Shown here: positions 51,426-62,867 of the stretch, piece by piece
How positions within the stretch are numbered: position 1 is the stretch's first letter
Layout: every line of letters begins with the position of its first letter
NCBI GenBank assembly: GCA_002189035.1
Contig: NEEC01000010.1
Span: forward strand, 1-64,000
DNA: 64,000 nucleotides
Reading direction: 5' to 3'
Source: Utricularia gibba
Taxonomy: Eukaryota; Plantae; Magnoliophyta
Notes under the pieces: generated by a model
Told to the model about the DNA's origin: nothing
What the model saw: only the letters and a program-made list of their open reading frames with translations
Database searches by the model: none
Program-made: the position numbers and the translations under genes

Positions 51426-53423
51426 ATGTTCTCATTTCTTACTAAGAATCTCATACTCCTCTTCATTTTCATGCTTTTGCTCTTTAGCCAACAATTCGAT
51501 GGTGCCCTCTCACATGAACAAGATCCACACGATGATAGCGATCATATGGAATTTTACAAGTTCATCAAATGCCATGTTGGTAAAGGTAATATTTGTCATG
51601 GACTTGTAACATTCCATGGAAAAGAGCGTTTTTATTGTTGTAATTCTCATTGTTGTGATGTGCTTAGTGACACAAACAACTGTGGTGTTTGTGATCATAA
51701 GTGCAAGTCTGGAGAGAAATGTTGCAATGGGATCTGCAAGAACATTAGAAGCGATAGTAACTATTGTGGAAGTTGTTGGAATCGATGCAAGTCAAGTGAG
51801 AGATGCTGTAATGGTAATTGCAAAAGTCTTACACAAGATAAAGATCATTGTGGCACATGTGGCAATAAGTGTATGTTGAATGAAAGATGTTGCAGCGGAA
51901 TTTGCACCAACATTACAAGTAACAAGAATAGTTGTGGTAGTTGTGGTAACAAGTGTGATTCGAATGAAATATGTTGCAGTGGACATTGTAGGAATGTTAA
52001 GAAGCACAACAACCACTGTGGCACTTGTGGGAATGGATGTAAGTCTCCAAATGTATGTTGTGATGGTATTTGTAGAAACTTTAGTATAGATAATGACCAT
52101 TGTGGAAATTGTGGAAATAAATGTGGTCCTGAGCAAAGATGCTGCAATGGACAATGTAGGAAAATAAAAAAGGACAATAAGCACTGTGGAAGTTGTGGGA
52201 ATGGATGTAAGTCTCCAAATGTGTGTTGTGATGGTGTTTGTAGAAATTTTAATATAGATAATGATCATTGTGGAAGTTGTGAAAACAAATGTGGTCCTCA
52301 TAGAAGATGCTGCAATGGACATTGTAGGAATGTTAAGAAGCACAACGACCACTGTGGCACTTGTGGGAATGTATGTAAGTCTCCAAGCATATGTTGCGAT
52401 GGTGTTTGTAGAAACTTCAATATAGATAATGACCATTGTGGAAGTTGTGGAAACAAATGTGGTATTCATAGAAAATGTTGCATTGGACATTGTAGGAATG
52501 TTAAGAAGGACAACGATCACTGCGGCAATTGTGGGAATGGATGTAAGTTTCCAAACGTGTGTTGCAATGGTGTTTGTAGAAATTTTAATATAGATAATGA
52601 CCACTGTGGAAGTTGTGGAAACAAATGTGGTCCTCATAGAAGATGTTGCAATGGCCATTGTAGAAAAATTAAAAATGATGATAAGCATTGTGGAAGTTGT
52701 GGAAATAATTGTGCCTTAGGGTTCAAATGCTGCAGTGGAATTTGCAAGAATGTCAAAAGTGACATCAACCATTGTGGTAATTGTGGCAATAAATGTAAGT
52801 TTAATCAAAGGTGCTGCAATGGAGAGTGTAGGAACATTAACAAGGATAACAAGCATTGTGGAAGTTGTGGGAATGGGTGTGCTTTAGGGTTCAAGTGTTG
52901 CAATAAAGTTTGCAAAAATATTCAAAGCGACAACAATAATTGTGGTCGCTGTAAGCGCAAATGCAAGTTAGATGAGAGATGTTGCAATGGAAAGTGTATG
53001 AAGATTAAATCAGATTGTGGCATATGTGGGAATGGGTGCAAGTCACGAGATGAAATATGTTGTGATGGGGTTTGCAGAGTACCTAAAAAGGACAATAAAC
53101 ATTGTGGTCGTTGCAACAATAAATGTAAGTTGAATGAAAGATGTTGCAATGGACATTGTAGGAATATTAAAAATGATAGCAATCATTGTGGAAGTTGCGG
53201 GAGACGTTGTGCACCAGGTTTCAAGTGTTGCAATGGAGTTTGCATAAATATTAAAAACAATAACAATAATTGCGGTCGTTGTAAGCGGAAATGTAAGTCG
53301 GGGCGCACTTGTTGTGATGGCAGTTGCAAGAATCTCTTTAAGGACAGGAACAATTGCGGGCAGTGCAACAAAAAGTGTAATCCGGGTGAGAAGTGTGAGA
53401 ATGGATTTTGCGGATATGGATGA
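51426..53423 (+). CDS. Secreted STIG1-family cysteine-rich protein with 21 tandem modules (665 aa, single exon)
   Basis: ATG at 51426 with a hydrophobic signal peptide (MFSFLTKNLILLFIFMLLLFSQQFDGALS). Two N-terminal Cys, then repeats of CC-x3-C-x9-CGxC-x3-C-x5, then a STIG1-type tail, KCENGFCGYG*. No stop or frameshift in 2 kb. Confidence 0.92.
   Translation: MFSFLTKNLILLFIFMLLLFSQQFDGALSHEQDPHDDSDHMEFYKFIKCHVGKGNICHGLVTFHGKERFYCCNSHCCDVLSDTNNCGVCDHKCKSGEKCCNGICKNIRSDSNYCGSCWNRCKSSERCCNGNCKSLTQDKDHCGTCGNKCMLNERCCSGICTNITSNKNSCGSCGNKCDSNEICCSGHCRNVKKHNNHCGTCGNGCKSPNVCCDGICRNFSIDNDHCGNCGNKCGPEQRCCNGQCRKIKKDNKHCGSCGNGCKSPNVCCDGVCRNFNIDNDHCGSCENKCGPHRRCCNGHCRNVKKHNDHCGTCGNVCKSPSICCDGVCRNFNIDNDHCGSCGNKCGIHRKCCIGHCRNVKKDNDHCGNCGNGCKFPNVCCNGVCRNFNIDNDHCGSCGNKCGPHRRCCNGHCRKIKNDDKHCGSCGNNCALGFKCCSGICKNVKSDINHCGNCGNKCKFNQRCCNGECRNINKDNKHCGSCGNGCALGFKCCNKVCKNIQSDNNNCGRCKRKCKLDERCCNGKCMKIKSDCGICGNGCKSRDEICCDGVCRVPKKDNKHCGRCNNKCKLNERCCNGHCRNIKNDSNHCGSCGRRCAPGFKCCNGVCINIKNNNNNCGRCKRKCKSGRTCCDGSCKNLFKDRNNCGQCNKKCNPGEKCENGFCGYG
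51636..53393 (+). repeat. Coding tandem repeat, 84-nt unit x21, with a 168-nt higher-order dimer
   Basis: 1758 nt = 20 x 28 aa + one 26-aa unit. Units 5-12 alternate between RNVKK...CKSPNV-like and RNFNIDNDH...CGPHRR-like types. Confidence 0.95.
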
Positions 53424-56400
53424 TTATAATATTCATATTTATCTTTTGATAATGATTGTGAAGGATTATTTATCTTCTTATTCATGTGAACAATGTACTC
53501 GTAGTTACTCCACTCACATAAATGGTTATTTAGTTAGGAAATAATTATAGTAATAGTGCGTATCTTGATTGTATTCTATTGTAATGTCTGATACTTGTTT
53601 CCAATTTATTTGTTAGGGGATGGATTTCATGATCACTAGTTTGGGTTAGTGCATAATTTTTTTATTCTTTATTCTAATTCGACTTCAATAGGTGAGTTAT
53701 TTGTATTAAGTAGAAACATCAGTCTGATTAGTGGTGTATATTATCACCATCCTTTAAATTTGAATAGCTCACCACAACAAGCAACTTTGTAGTTAGCACC
53801 CACTAGTTCAAGGGAACTCTAAAACTCCATAATTTTCCTGAAACCATTATCTACTTGGTCTTTGGTGTTCTTTTTTTTTTTTAGCAGAATTTATCTATTT
53901 TCAGTACTTGTGAGGAACTTAAACGATTAATTGATATAGTGTCATTTTCAAAAAGTTTCTTTTCTTGAATACATTATGAATAATAGTGAAATTGCAATGA
54001 AGAAGGGAAGGTCATCACAATCAACAAGTATCAAAACCCAACTATAGTAGGAAAAATCCGAACCCTTCATGGCTCGACCAATTTCCATTATGGGTTTGTC
54101 AAACATTTTAACACCCACCTCACATCACTGCATGAATTAATCAAGAATATGTTCAATTTCAATTGATAGTAATCACAGGACTATGTTTTCAAATATTTTT
54201 AAGATAATCTAACTTTGCACCTTTAATTGCATTGTATGATATTTCTAGAACATTTTAAATTTAATATGATGCTTCTAGAAAAGGAATTTTATACATAATT
54301 TTTTAGTGCGAGGAGGCTAGCCTATAGCATACATTAATGAAAAGTTTGGTGGAGAGCCACACCCAAATATCCAATATAGGATAATGAACTCCATTTATTT
54401 GACACCTCTTACTCATATTTCAATACATATTATGGTCGAAAAAATTCCATTCTAAAGATGTTCAAATTTTTAAGGTCTTTTAATTTTAAGTATTGTTCAC
54501 ATTCTTGTGAAAAGAAAATTGCACCTATTGGCACTAGATAAAAAGATCCACTAAGAGCAAGAATTTGAGGTGAAGACCTTAGTAAAGTGGTTGCATACTA
54601 TTGTAAGAGTTGCATGAAACTCAACTTGTAGAAAGCTATAGGAAAAGGAGGTTTTTGCATTCTTCTCATGTATTTCTACAAATATGAATATAAACAATAC
54701 GTGAGAATGCAAGTGGGTAATTAGAAAAGAAAGCCCTTTTTAAGTAGAGGTGTTAGAGCTCTCACATAGTTGTTGGAGGATGCCACTTTCCTTCCTGGAA
54801 TCTTATGAATACAAACATCTTTAGCAATTATACGTCGAAGATGATAAGGAAAAAATATCATATAGCATAATTGCAATGCCCAATAACATTGTTAGCCATT
54901 GCAAAAGGAACATAGGAACCATCTTGTTGTGGTTAGGAAATTTCTCTTCCACAAGCATTCAAATTTTTGTAATTTTTCATTTGAGTTCTATGTTTGTGAT
55001 TGTTTCTTTCTTATGATTAAGTAATAACATGAAGAATAGTAACCCTAGTCGATTTTCTTTTCTGGCTGACTGTTCAAGTATATCCTCCGACGGTAACAAT
55101 TTGTAATATCCCTTTTTTGAAAAGATCTCATGGGGATCTCGATACAGTGTGAAGTGTCATGTGGAATACTTGGTTTTTTATTTGGTGACGGTTCATCAAC
55201 ATTTATTGGAATACTTGTTCGTGTAGTGTTGTCATGCTATTCATTAAGAATGCCTGTATTGGGTTTACTTGAAAATAGATATCATGAAACCCCTTAGCAT
55301 AAAGTGCAAAATGCCTAGTTAGAAAGAGCCTAATGATGCAGAGAAATTCTTCCAACTGTCATGGGTCAATAAATCTTTTCTCTTCAAAACATTTACAAAT
55401 AAAGAAAATCAACAAATATTGAACAAAAAAATAAATCAAGTGTAGGTTAATCAAAAGATAGTGTTGTGATTTTGCTGTAAGTTCTATGCATAAGCTAGGT
55501 TAAACAAGGGTTAATTAAAATGTATTGAAGTGCAGGTAATGATGACGTTTATGAAATAAGTCACTTCAAAAATTAATTTCAAAGGAGTAAATACATAAAA
55601 GAAAATAATAATTTGATTGAGTAAAATTACTAAGCAATACTTGCTAACCATTTTTATTGAAAATCACATGTACTCATTTAGAGCTTGTAAACACATGTTG
55701 AATTTAAAAGTTACTACCACTAATACAAAAGTAAATATTTCAACAAAAATAGGAGTTAAGAGACTATTTCAATTCTTTTTCTTCTTCAGATATATCAATG
55801 ATAGAAAAAATCTCCTCATCCTTTTTGTTCCCTAGAATCCTTCTTCTTTCCGTAGGTGCACAGCACCAACACTGTAGTCCTCATCCCTGTTTTCCTTCCC
55901 CCTTAGGTCGCACCCTTTTTTTCACCTGTTTTCTTTTCTCTTTCAGCTTCTTGCCGAATCTTGTTTTTGCTACTGAATTTATTTTCATGTAGTGAATTAC
56001 ATGTTCAGCAAACAAATACTTTTTGATGGGACAAACCTTTAGTTTGCAAAACCTAAAGAAATTACCAACCATCAAGTTCCATTGCTAGGGAGTTAGGTGC
56101 TTTTTAGTTATTGTTGCTATGCGTTCTTTTGCAAGTGAAAGTCTTTTCCCATTTAATCCAAAGATTTAGAAAACCACAAGAGACCAATAGAAAAGTGCAA
56201 AGGAGAAGACGAATCAGGCAACCAAAAAGGGAGCCATTGCACACGAATCAACCGTGGACACAAATGATGTAAGAAAACAGTGTAGGAATATTATTATCTA
56301 GATTATTCTTATCACATAATCTTCATCGATTTTCCAAAAGAAGCAACTACATTTGTTCTCCAACTAGGGATAATCAATCTTTTACCAAAATTTTTGGAAA

Positions 56401-56672
56401 CGTAAAAGCAACAACACTTGAAGCATTTTTGTTAGTGCGGTTCGACCAAATGAAGTGAAAAGACAATATGCTTTGAAGAAATCTTCAGTTTACACATGAA
56501 GGAGATTCAATGGAGTGGTCCAACACATTGAAATCAAGAAACATAATGGCATAGACTAAAATCAAAACGACATAGGAAGTACTTTCCATTCACTAAGGCT
56601 AAAGAGTTGAGGAGAAGAATTCAACTCTTGGGTATGAAAAGCACATCTTGATTAAATTTCTTTTAGAAGAAT

Positions 56673-57857
56673 TGATGAATGAAAAATTTAGCACATGTCA
56701 AGAATATGCAAATTTTCCAATCAAAGAAAATTTATAACATAATTCACAACCAATCATATGAAAAATATGAGCATAGTGGACTAGAGTCGAACACAAGAAG
56801 CTAGGTGCTTATTAGGTGAAAGTCAATGCATTCAGATTTTGTCACAGTTAAGAGATTTAGTCTAAGCTAATATTAAAGCAGTTCGATGATAATGTGCAGA
56901 AAGATAGTAAACGAGTAAAAGCATATGTTTATGCAAAATAAAAGATATTAATACCTTGGGACACTTAGGGGTAACATGCTAATGACTAAAAATATCGCAC
57001 CCAAACCTAAAATCATTCGCCTAATAAGCAAAGACTCAAGTCTATCCAAACCCATAATTTTCCTGAATTTTTGGTCTACCTCTAATTAGGGCTATTTATG
57101 ATGAAAACCACTACCTCCCTCTCATGTAATGATCCCGGTTTGTTAAGGAAGTATATTGATTAACTGGTAGTGTGGCCTAGTGAACAATAAACATGCTCAT
57201 CCTCCTTTGTCCCAAGGCACCCCCAAGTGCCTCGCCACTCATAACAGAGAAAATGAAAATACTTTCATGACATTTCATAAATATTATCTTGGATCTAAAG
57301 TTCAACAACAACATAAAACACATAACAGAAACATAAATAGCAAATAGTTGTCGTGAAAAAGCTAAAACAACTTCTAGCTAAAAATAGTGTCCTTCATAAG
57401 CAGAAGAACGCTTCAAAAGATGGTTTGGATCATGGGTTCGTCTTCATCATCCTCAATGGTTCTGCTACGACTTTCTAATGTATCTGCCTCCCAAAATTGT
57501 GTGTGGCGTGCTCTTTAATAGGGGATAGTCTTCTCTTTCTTCATTATTCCATAAATCTACTTTTCTTCTTTACATTGGGATTTGGTGTACTTTTTTCAGC
57601 TGTTGTCCCCTTTTCATGATGCCTCCAATGTTCACTTTTCAGCTATTTGGGATTTGGGATGTTAAAATGTATTGCATTGCTCAAAAAAGTGATTAGAACT
57701 AAGGTTGGGGTTAAATCATGATTTAATCCCAATTAGGAATAAAAGGCGCATACGATGCTGATAATCACAAGAATGCAGAAACACACAATATAATCCGAGT
57801 TTTAAAATAAAATATTAATCATTTTCCTACCTTACAACACTGAAAAATGTGTTATCA
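56673..57857 (-). mobile_element. Solo LTR (family B, more diverged)
   Basis: TGATGAATG...GTGTTATCA, colinear with 38870 and 41429, with a 4/5 TSD, AGAAT/AGGAT. Confidence 0.8.
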
Positions 57858-58050
57858 AGGATTATTGCTACTGATGAGAACTGAATTAGATGTTGTTGCA
57901 ATAGGCAGCATGAGAACACTCATCCCTACCCAATCCTGTACGAAAATTAAAGAGATGATGAAATATTCTCAACATTCCTATTCTAGAAAGAATGTCTACA
58001 GCCTAAATTTTGATAGTAGAGCTCACTGTAATAAGGAAAGATGCACCAAG

Positions 58051-58790
58051 TGTTGGTGTATGTGTTCTAAAGACAATCAACTCATTAGCAAATCTTATCT
58101 TTTGTTGTTTACCTTGAATTGTGATCAAGTTTACATCATTGATAAAATCCTCTACTTGATCTTGGTGTTATAGAAATTATGATGAGATCATAATGTGAGA
58201 TTCTTCAAACATTTATATTTAAGTTAAAAACTCTCTGGCTAGAGTGTTTGTGAAATGAGGATATCATAAATACGGATAAGCTGGCACACATTGAGTTCCC
58301 TAAACAGTTTAGGCAATAGTTCTCACAATTGATGTAATGCGATTACTAGAACCTATGTGTGGGTGTCGATTAGAGAATCGATTCACTGGATGACTCATGT
58401 TCGAGATGCTACTATGGGAAGCTAACCAAGTTTCAGTAGCAAGATTTCAAATATGACAGCCGTGCAAGTAAGCTTAGACTTGAGGTCAACAAAGTTATCT
58501 TGATCTTAAGCTCACATTTTTGCTCATTTCTAATGGGAGTCTAACCATGGCTTGCCTAGTATGGATGAGTAGGGATGTGACTCCTTAAGGTTTGAGATAG
58601 TTGATTGATCAATAAAGTATTCATCACTCATGTTAGCGATGAGATCATATCTCACGTAATTGCATCAAAGCCTAACAGTAAGTCCTAGGCTCAGGGTAAT
58701 GACACTCGAATTGTTTGAGTAGGTCATTGAGTGTTAGTGCTTGAATGCAATTATAAGTTCGATACATTAGAAAGACATACACCCATGTTC
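58051..58790 (+). mobile_element. Angela-like LTR, 5' part
   Basis: Starts TGTTGGTGTATGTGTTCTA, the reverse complement of the 43904 end. Homology is lost near 58790. Confidence 0.85.
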
Positions 58791-58948
58791 TGCTCCTGCC
58801 TAGGCCTGGGTGAAAATCAAAGAAATGTGGAACATTCTCGTCACTCTTATTTCAGAAATAACATGTATAGCCAAGTGAATTCTATTGGAGGAAGCTCAAT
58901 GCCATATGGAAAGCTGAACAAAAATTTTGAGAATGTGAATGAGATGGA

Positions 58949-60337
58949 TGATAAATGAAAATTCCTAATATCGTTGCAATAAAAATAGAAATCCGTATCA
59001 AATAAATTTACAAGCCCGAATCTACACAAAATACAAATTTAAAAAACTTGTATAGTGGATGTCGGGGTCGATCACGAAGAGCTTATGTTTGCTAAGTGTT
59101 TTAGTAAATGCATGATTCGAAATAACAGTAGATCTTAGTCTAAGCTAGGACTAGTAGTGGCAAGTAAGTTCAGTAAATGGAACCAGGTTTCAATGCGAAA
59201 GCTAATGAGTACTGGTTTCAACTCAGAATAACACGAAGATGCCTTAAGGGTCTGCAGGTGGTGCTATGCTAAGGTACCTAATTTAATTTACCATATTCCT
59301 ACACTCACAACTTCAAATAACCAAAGTCTACCAAGGTCATTCATCATATTTTCGGCTAAGGTAGTCCCAAATATCATAACCAATATTTCAATTAGGTATA
59401 CCTGCATACAAAGCATATAGAACTAGATCTATCCGGTTCTACTGGTTCTACCCCAAATCAAGCATCTAAGTTGATTTGTTGGTTTGCCTCTAAATCAAGC
59501 ATCTAAGTTGTGAAGCTACTTATTCCCCTCCTTAGTCTACCATGGATTGATGGAAATAAGAGCTAAGGAACAAACATAAATTTTATTATTAACCCTAAGC
59601 ACACACCACCATACTTTACCTTAAGACATCCCTAAGGCTTTAGCTACTCATATTTTGAAAGTAAAACACAATTTCATTCAGATAAGCTGGCGAAAATAAT
59701 AGGAACATTGTAAGCAAGTCAAATACAGAAACTCGAAATGTTCAGAAAATGAAAGGAAATAAAGATTGTTCTGTCGCCCGATTGCTATTGTTCACGACCC
59801 AGAACAGTAGCGCAAGACTGGGCTCTAGAGCTGCTCTTGACGATGAAGGCCTTCTTCCCCTCTTCTGGTTGGTGTTTTTTGCATTGGGGAAGAAGCCCCC
59901 TTGCATGCGTTCTCTCTCTTCCCTTGCTCTCGTTGCTGTTCTCTGCTGTCATTGCACTCTCTCTCCTTTTCGAAATGAAATATCTCCTCTCCTTCACTCC
60001 ATTGCACTGTTCCTGACACCAACACTGTTCTCGGTCTCAACTTGCAGGCTGCAGGTGGCATAATAGTGCTCTTTGTCCTTCTTAGGCTGCTGGGCCCTTT
60101 CATACTTGTCCCACACGTTTTTGAGTCTGATTTTCTGTTGATCTTCCTGCTGAACTCAGTCAAACATTAGCACAAAGATGGTGGACTAAATCAAAGGATT
60201 TAGTCCACTTTTCAACATAATCACATAAAATTAATATAAACACTGCATAAACATGAAAAACTACATTTACCTAGCCTAAACCACAATAAAATATATCTAT
60301 TTTGTATTATAAAATTCAGACAAAATGTGTGTCATCA
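58949..60337 (-). mobile_element. Athila-like LTR of a related family
   Basis: TGATAAATGAAAA start shared with family B and a ...GTGTGTCATCA end; the interior is different. No TSD. Confidence 0.55.
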
Positions 60338-60724
60338 CACTATGCTACAACGAAACAAGATTTGTCCCCAAGTCCTAGCTAAGACTAATAGGAAACTAAC
60401 TTCATTAGCGCCAATGGTAAACATAAACAACTTTGATAAAATTCGGATGACTCCGTACCAACAAAAGATTCATTTGTACGCTTGAAAAAGAACCCAATCA
60501 TTCTACTCCAGATAGGTGCATGAGTTGTAGGAGTGCTGGTGTGCATGTCATGTTATCATTCAATTGTGCATGAATGAATTTCTCTTGGAGAGTGTTTTCG
60601 AAGATTACTTCCTCAAGTTGATTCGTTCAAAAACCACTTAGGACTATGGTTGCCAACTCTTTTCTTTCTCTCTTTTTTTTTTCTATTTTTTTCGATAGTG
60701 AAGGGCAGCTTGTTCTGGATTGAT

Positions 60725-61602
60725 CCCGGTATGATTGATCAATAAAGGATTCATCAGTCATATTAGCTATGAGATCTTATCTCAGTAATTGCATCAAAGC
60801 CTAACAGTAAGTTTTGGCCCTAGGATAATTACACTCAAAGAGTTTGAATGGTTCATTGAGTATGATGAAAACTATTCATTACATGGTGGTTGGTCATAAA
60901 AAGGCTCAATCAGTTCACTTGATTATTTTTACATCCTAGGGATCATGATATGTTGTTAGACATCACTCATGATCGATAATGATAGATTTAATTAATTAAG
61001 AGTTAATTAATAAATTCATTATTACGGCTTTGATTGAAGAAGCCTATAGGGTCATACATAATATTGAAGTCACTCATTGATATAAAATAGAATGACACAA
61101 TTACATGAGATGTAATTGGTAAAGTGGATAAATTAAATTGAAAGTTATATTTGAGATTAATATTGATTAAATTCAAAATAAAAGATTTGATATAGAGAAA
61201 ATTTGGAGCATATATATCTCCACGAGATAAGATCTTTCCGGAGATTTGATTAGATATGTTATCAAATATCTATATAATGTAATAAGAAAGATTTGATCCG
61301 TAGAGATTTTCATATCTTCATTCTCTCTGAGATTTATATACAATGGGCGACTTTCTCTAGCACTTGAGGAGATCGACCATCATTTTGTGGCCTTAAGAAG
61401 GTTATCAATGGAGTGCTTCACTTGTGAATACCATAGAAGCCATCTATTATTGGTGGTGGTGAACAACGAAATCTACTGAAAGGTATTGTCAATATCTTAG
61501 AATTTGATGTATACTGTATTCCAAGATTTGCGTTTGGGGTTTCTAAAAAATTTTTGAATTCAGCTGCTTTTCTGACATGTGATGTCTACAAGAAACTTAA
61601 CA
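60725..61602 (+). mobile_element. Angela-like LTR, 3' part
   Basis: Overlaps 58600-58740 in content and matches 10238-10747. Ends GAAACTTAACA. Confidence 0.82.
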
Positions 61603-61669
61603 CCCTCTCGTGCTCTTAACAAATGTGAGATATCGTAACCAGGCCCGTAACCTTACATTCTTCCGCTCG

Positions 61670-61790
61670 TAAACACTTATCGTCCTCACTAAGTGTCACC
61701 TCATCCCACTATTGGTACAATCTCATGTTTGGATTTGATACCAAATGTTACAAACCGCCCTTGCCTTCCACGATATTATCTACTTGAGAA
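61670..61790 (-). mobile_element. TRIM remnant: internal segment + PBS + LTR end
   Basis: TTTGATACCA at 61734-61743 is the reverse complement of the PBS TGGTATCAAA. It abuts TGTTACAAACC...CACGATATTATC, the TRIM LTR family seen at 14478. Confidence 0.6.
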
Positions 61791-62004
61791 CCTGAGATCT
61801 GATAAGGATGATATCTATACAACTAAGAATGAGAGGACACTAGAGGTTCATGATCTAGAGAGGGATCAACATGATGCACATGTGACTCTACATGATAGAG
61901 TTACATGTCTTACAAAGGAAAATGAAGAGCATCGCTACAAGCTAGAGTGGTATGCAACTCATTGGGCCTTCATTGAACTATTATTCAGTGACATCGAGCC
62001 ATAA

Positions 62005-62867
62005 TGGAAGCTAATTATCTTGGATGTAAATGATGTGTTCATAGGCATCATGTAAGGGTCTCGACCATCAAGCTCAAGAATCTCTTGGAAAAAAATCATA
62101 TATAGCCAATCAAGTATTCCATTGACCATATTTCTATCTTTTATATGCATTTGTGTATTAACACTTTATAAGAAGTGTTCGCTTTTTTCATTTAATGTAT
62201 ATAGTGTATCTACATCCATATGACCATGAGTTTATTAGATAGTGCTTGGATAACTTTGATGTAGGTATTTGGCCATCTCGTAGTGGATGACATTTTCACA
62301 TCATCTTTTTTCTCATTTAGAATTGCCAAAATGCTTGATGTATGATGTCCTTTGTAGGAATCAATTAGAAGCAATCAATCAATGGGTCTTTCAACCATCA
62401 TTATTCGACACACTAATTTTTGTATGGGACCAATCAATGACTATGGAAACAAGTGCATAGGTTCACACCAATCCTATCATCATGGTTTATTTGAAGGAAT
62501 TGAGTCACTTATGGTTTGTAAACAATGGGTTGAATACAAGATACAATTATCACAATACCTTCTTGATTGATGACTTACCTCAGAAGTTAATTGGAAATCC
62601 AATAAGTTATTTTTGCTATTCGAAACTAGCATGTGTCATGTTATATATGAAAACTTACCCTACATTTTTCAGGAAAACAATGCTATTTTTCCAGTCTTTT
62701 ATGTGCATACTAATAGGAAGGATGTATCACTAAATAATTGTGACAAGATAGGAATTTTTCTTGAAGGATTGCTTCATGGTAAAGATGTTTCGAGCTTTGT
62801 CAATAACTTCCCATATGTGACGGGCATCCTTTTGCGGGATTGTTATGCATTCCTTGCAAATGATTAA
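62005..62867 (+). pseudogene. FCP1/NIF-like (HAD) phosphatase-domain pseudogene
   Basis: Colinear motifs: KLIILDVNDVF; HPYDHEF..*CLDNFDVGIW; FVWDQS; VYLKELSHLW; NTFLIDDLPQKLIGNP; NAIFP; IFLEGL. They match my recollection of plant FCP1-homology proteins (LLVLDVNGLL / FDVGIW / LKEL.KLW / LLDDSPYK.L.NP). Stops and frameshifts are present. Confidence 0.6.

Noticed and set aside
51636-53393. CRISPR-like regular repeats
   Set aside because: They are in-frame protein repeats without unique spacers, in eukaryotic DNA with no cas genes. The same applies to the 30-nt MULE end motifs.
51510-53485. Antisense and alternate-frame ORFs over the STIG1 gene (e.g. 298 aa at 51792-52688)
   Set aside because: These are shadows of the repetitive Cys/Asn codons; they have no signal peptide or domain.
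53900-56670. Possible decayed coding remnants (e.g. PQQDGSYVPF on the minus strand near 54930); similar cases at 15700-16700, 22700-23400 and 63300-64000
   Set aside because: Too short and degenerate to assign to a family without a search.
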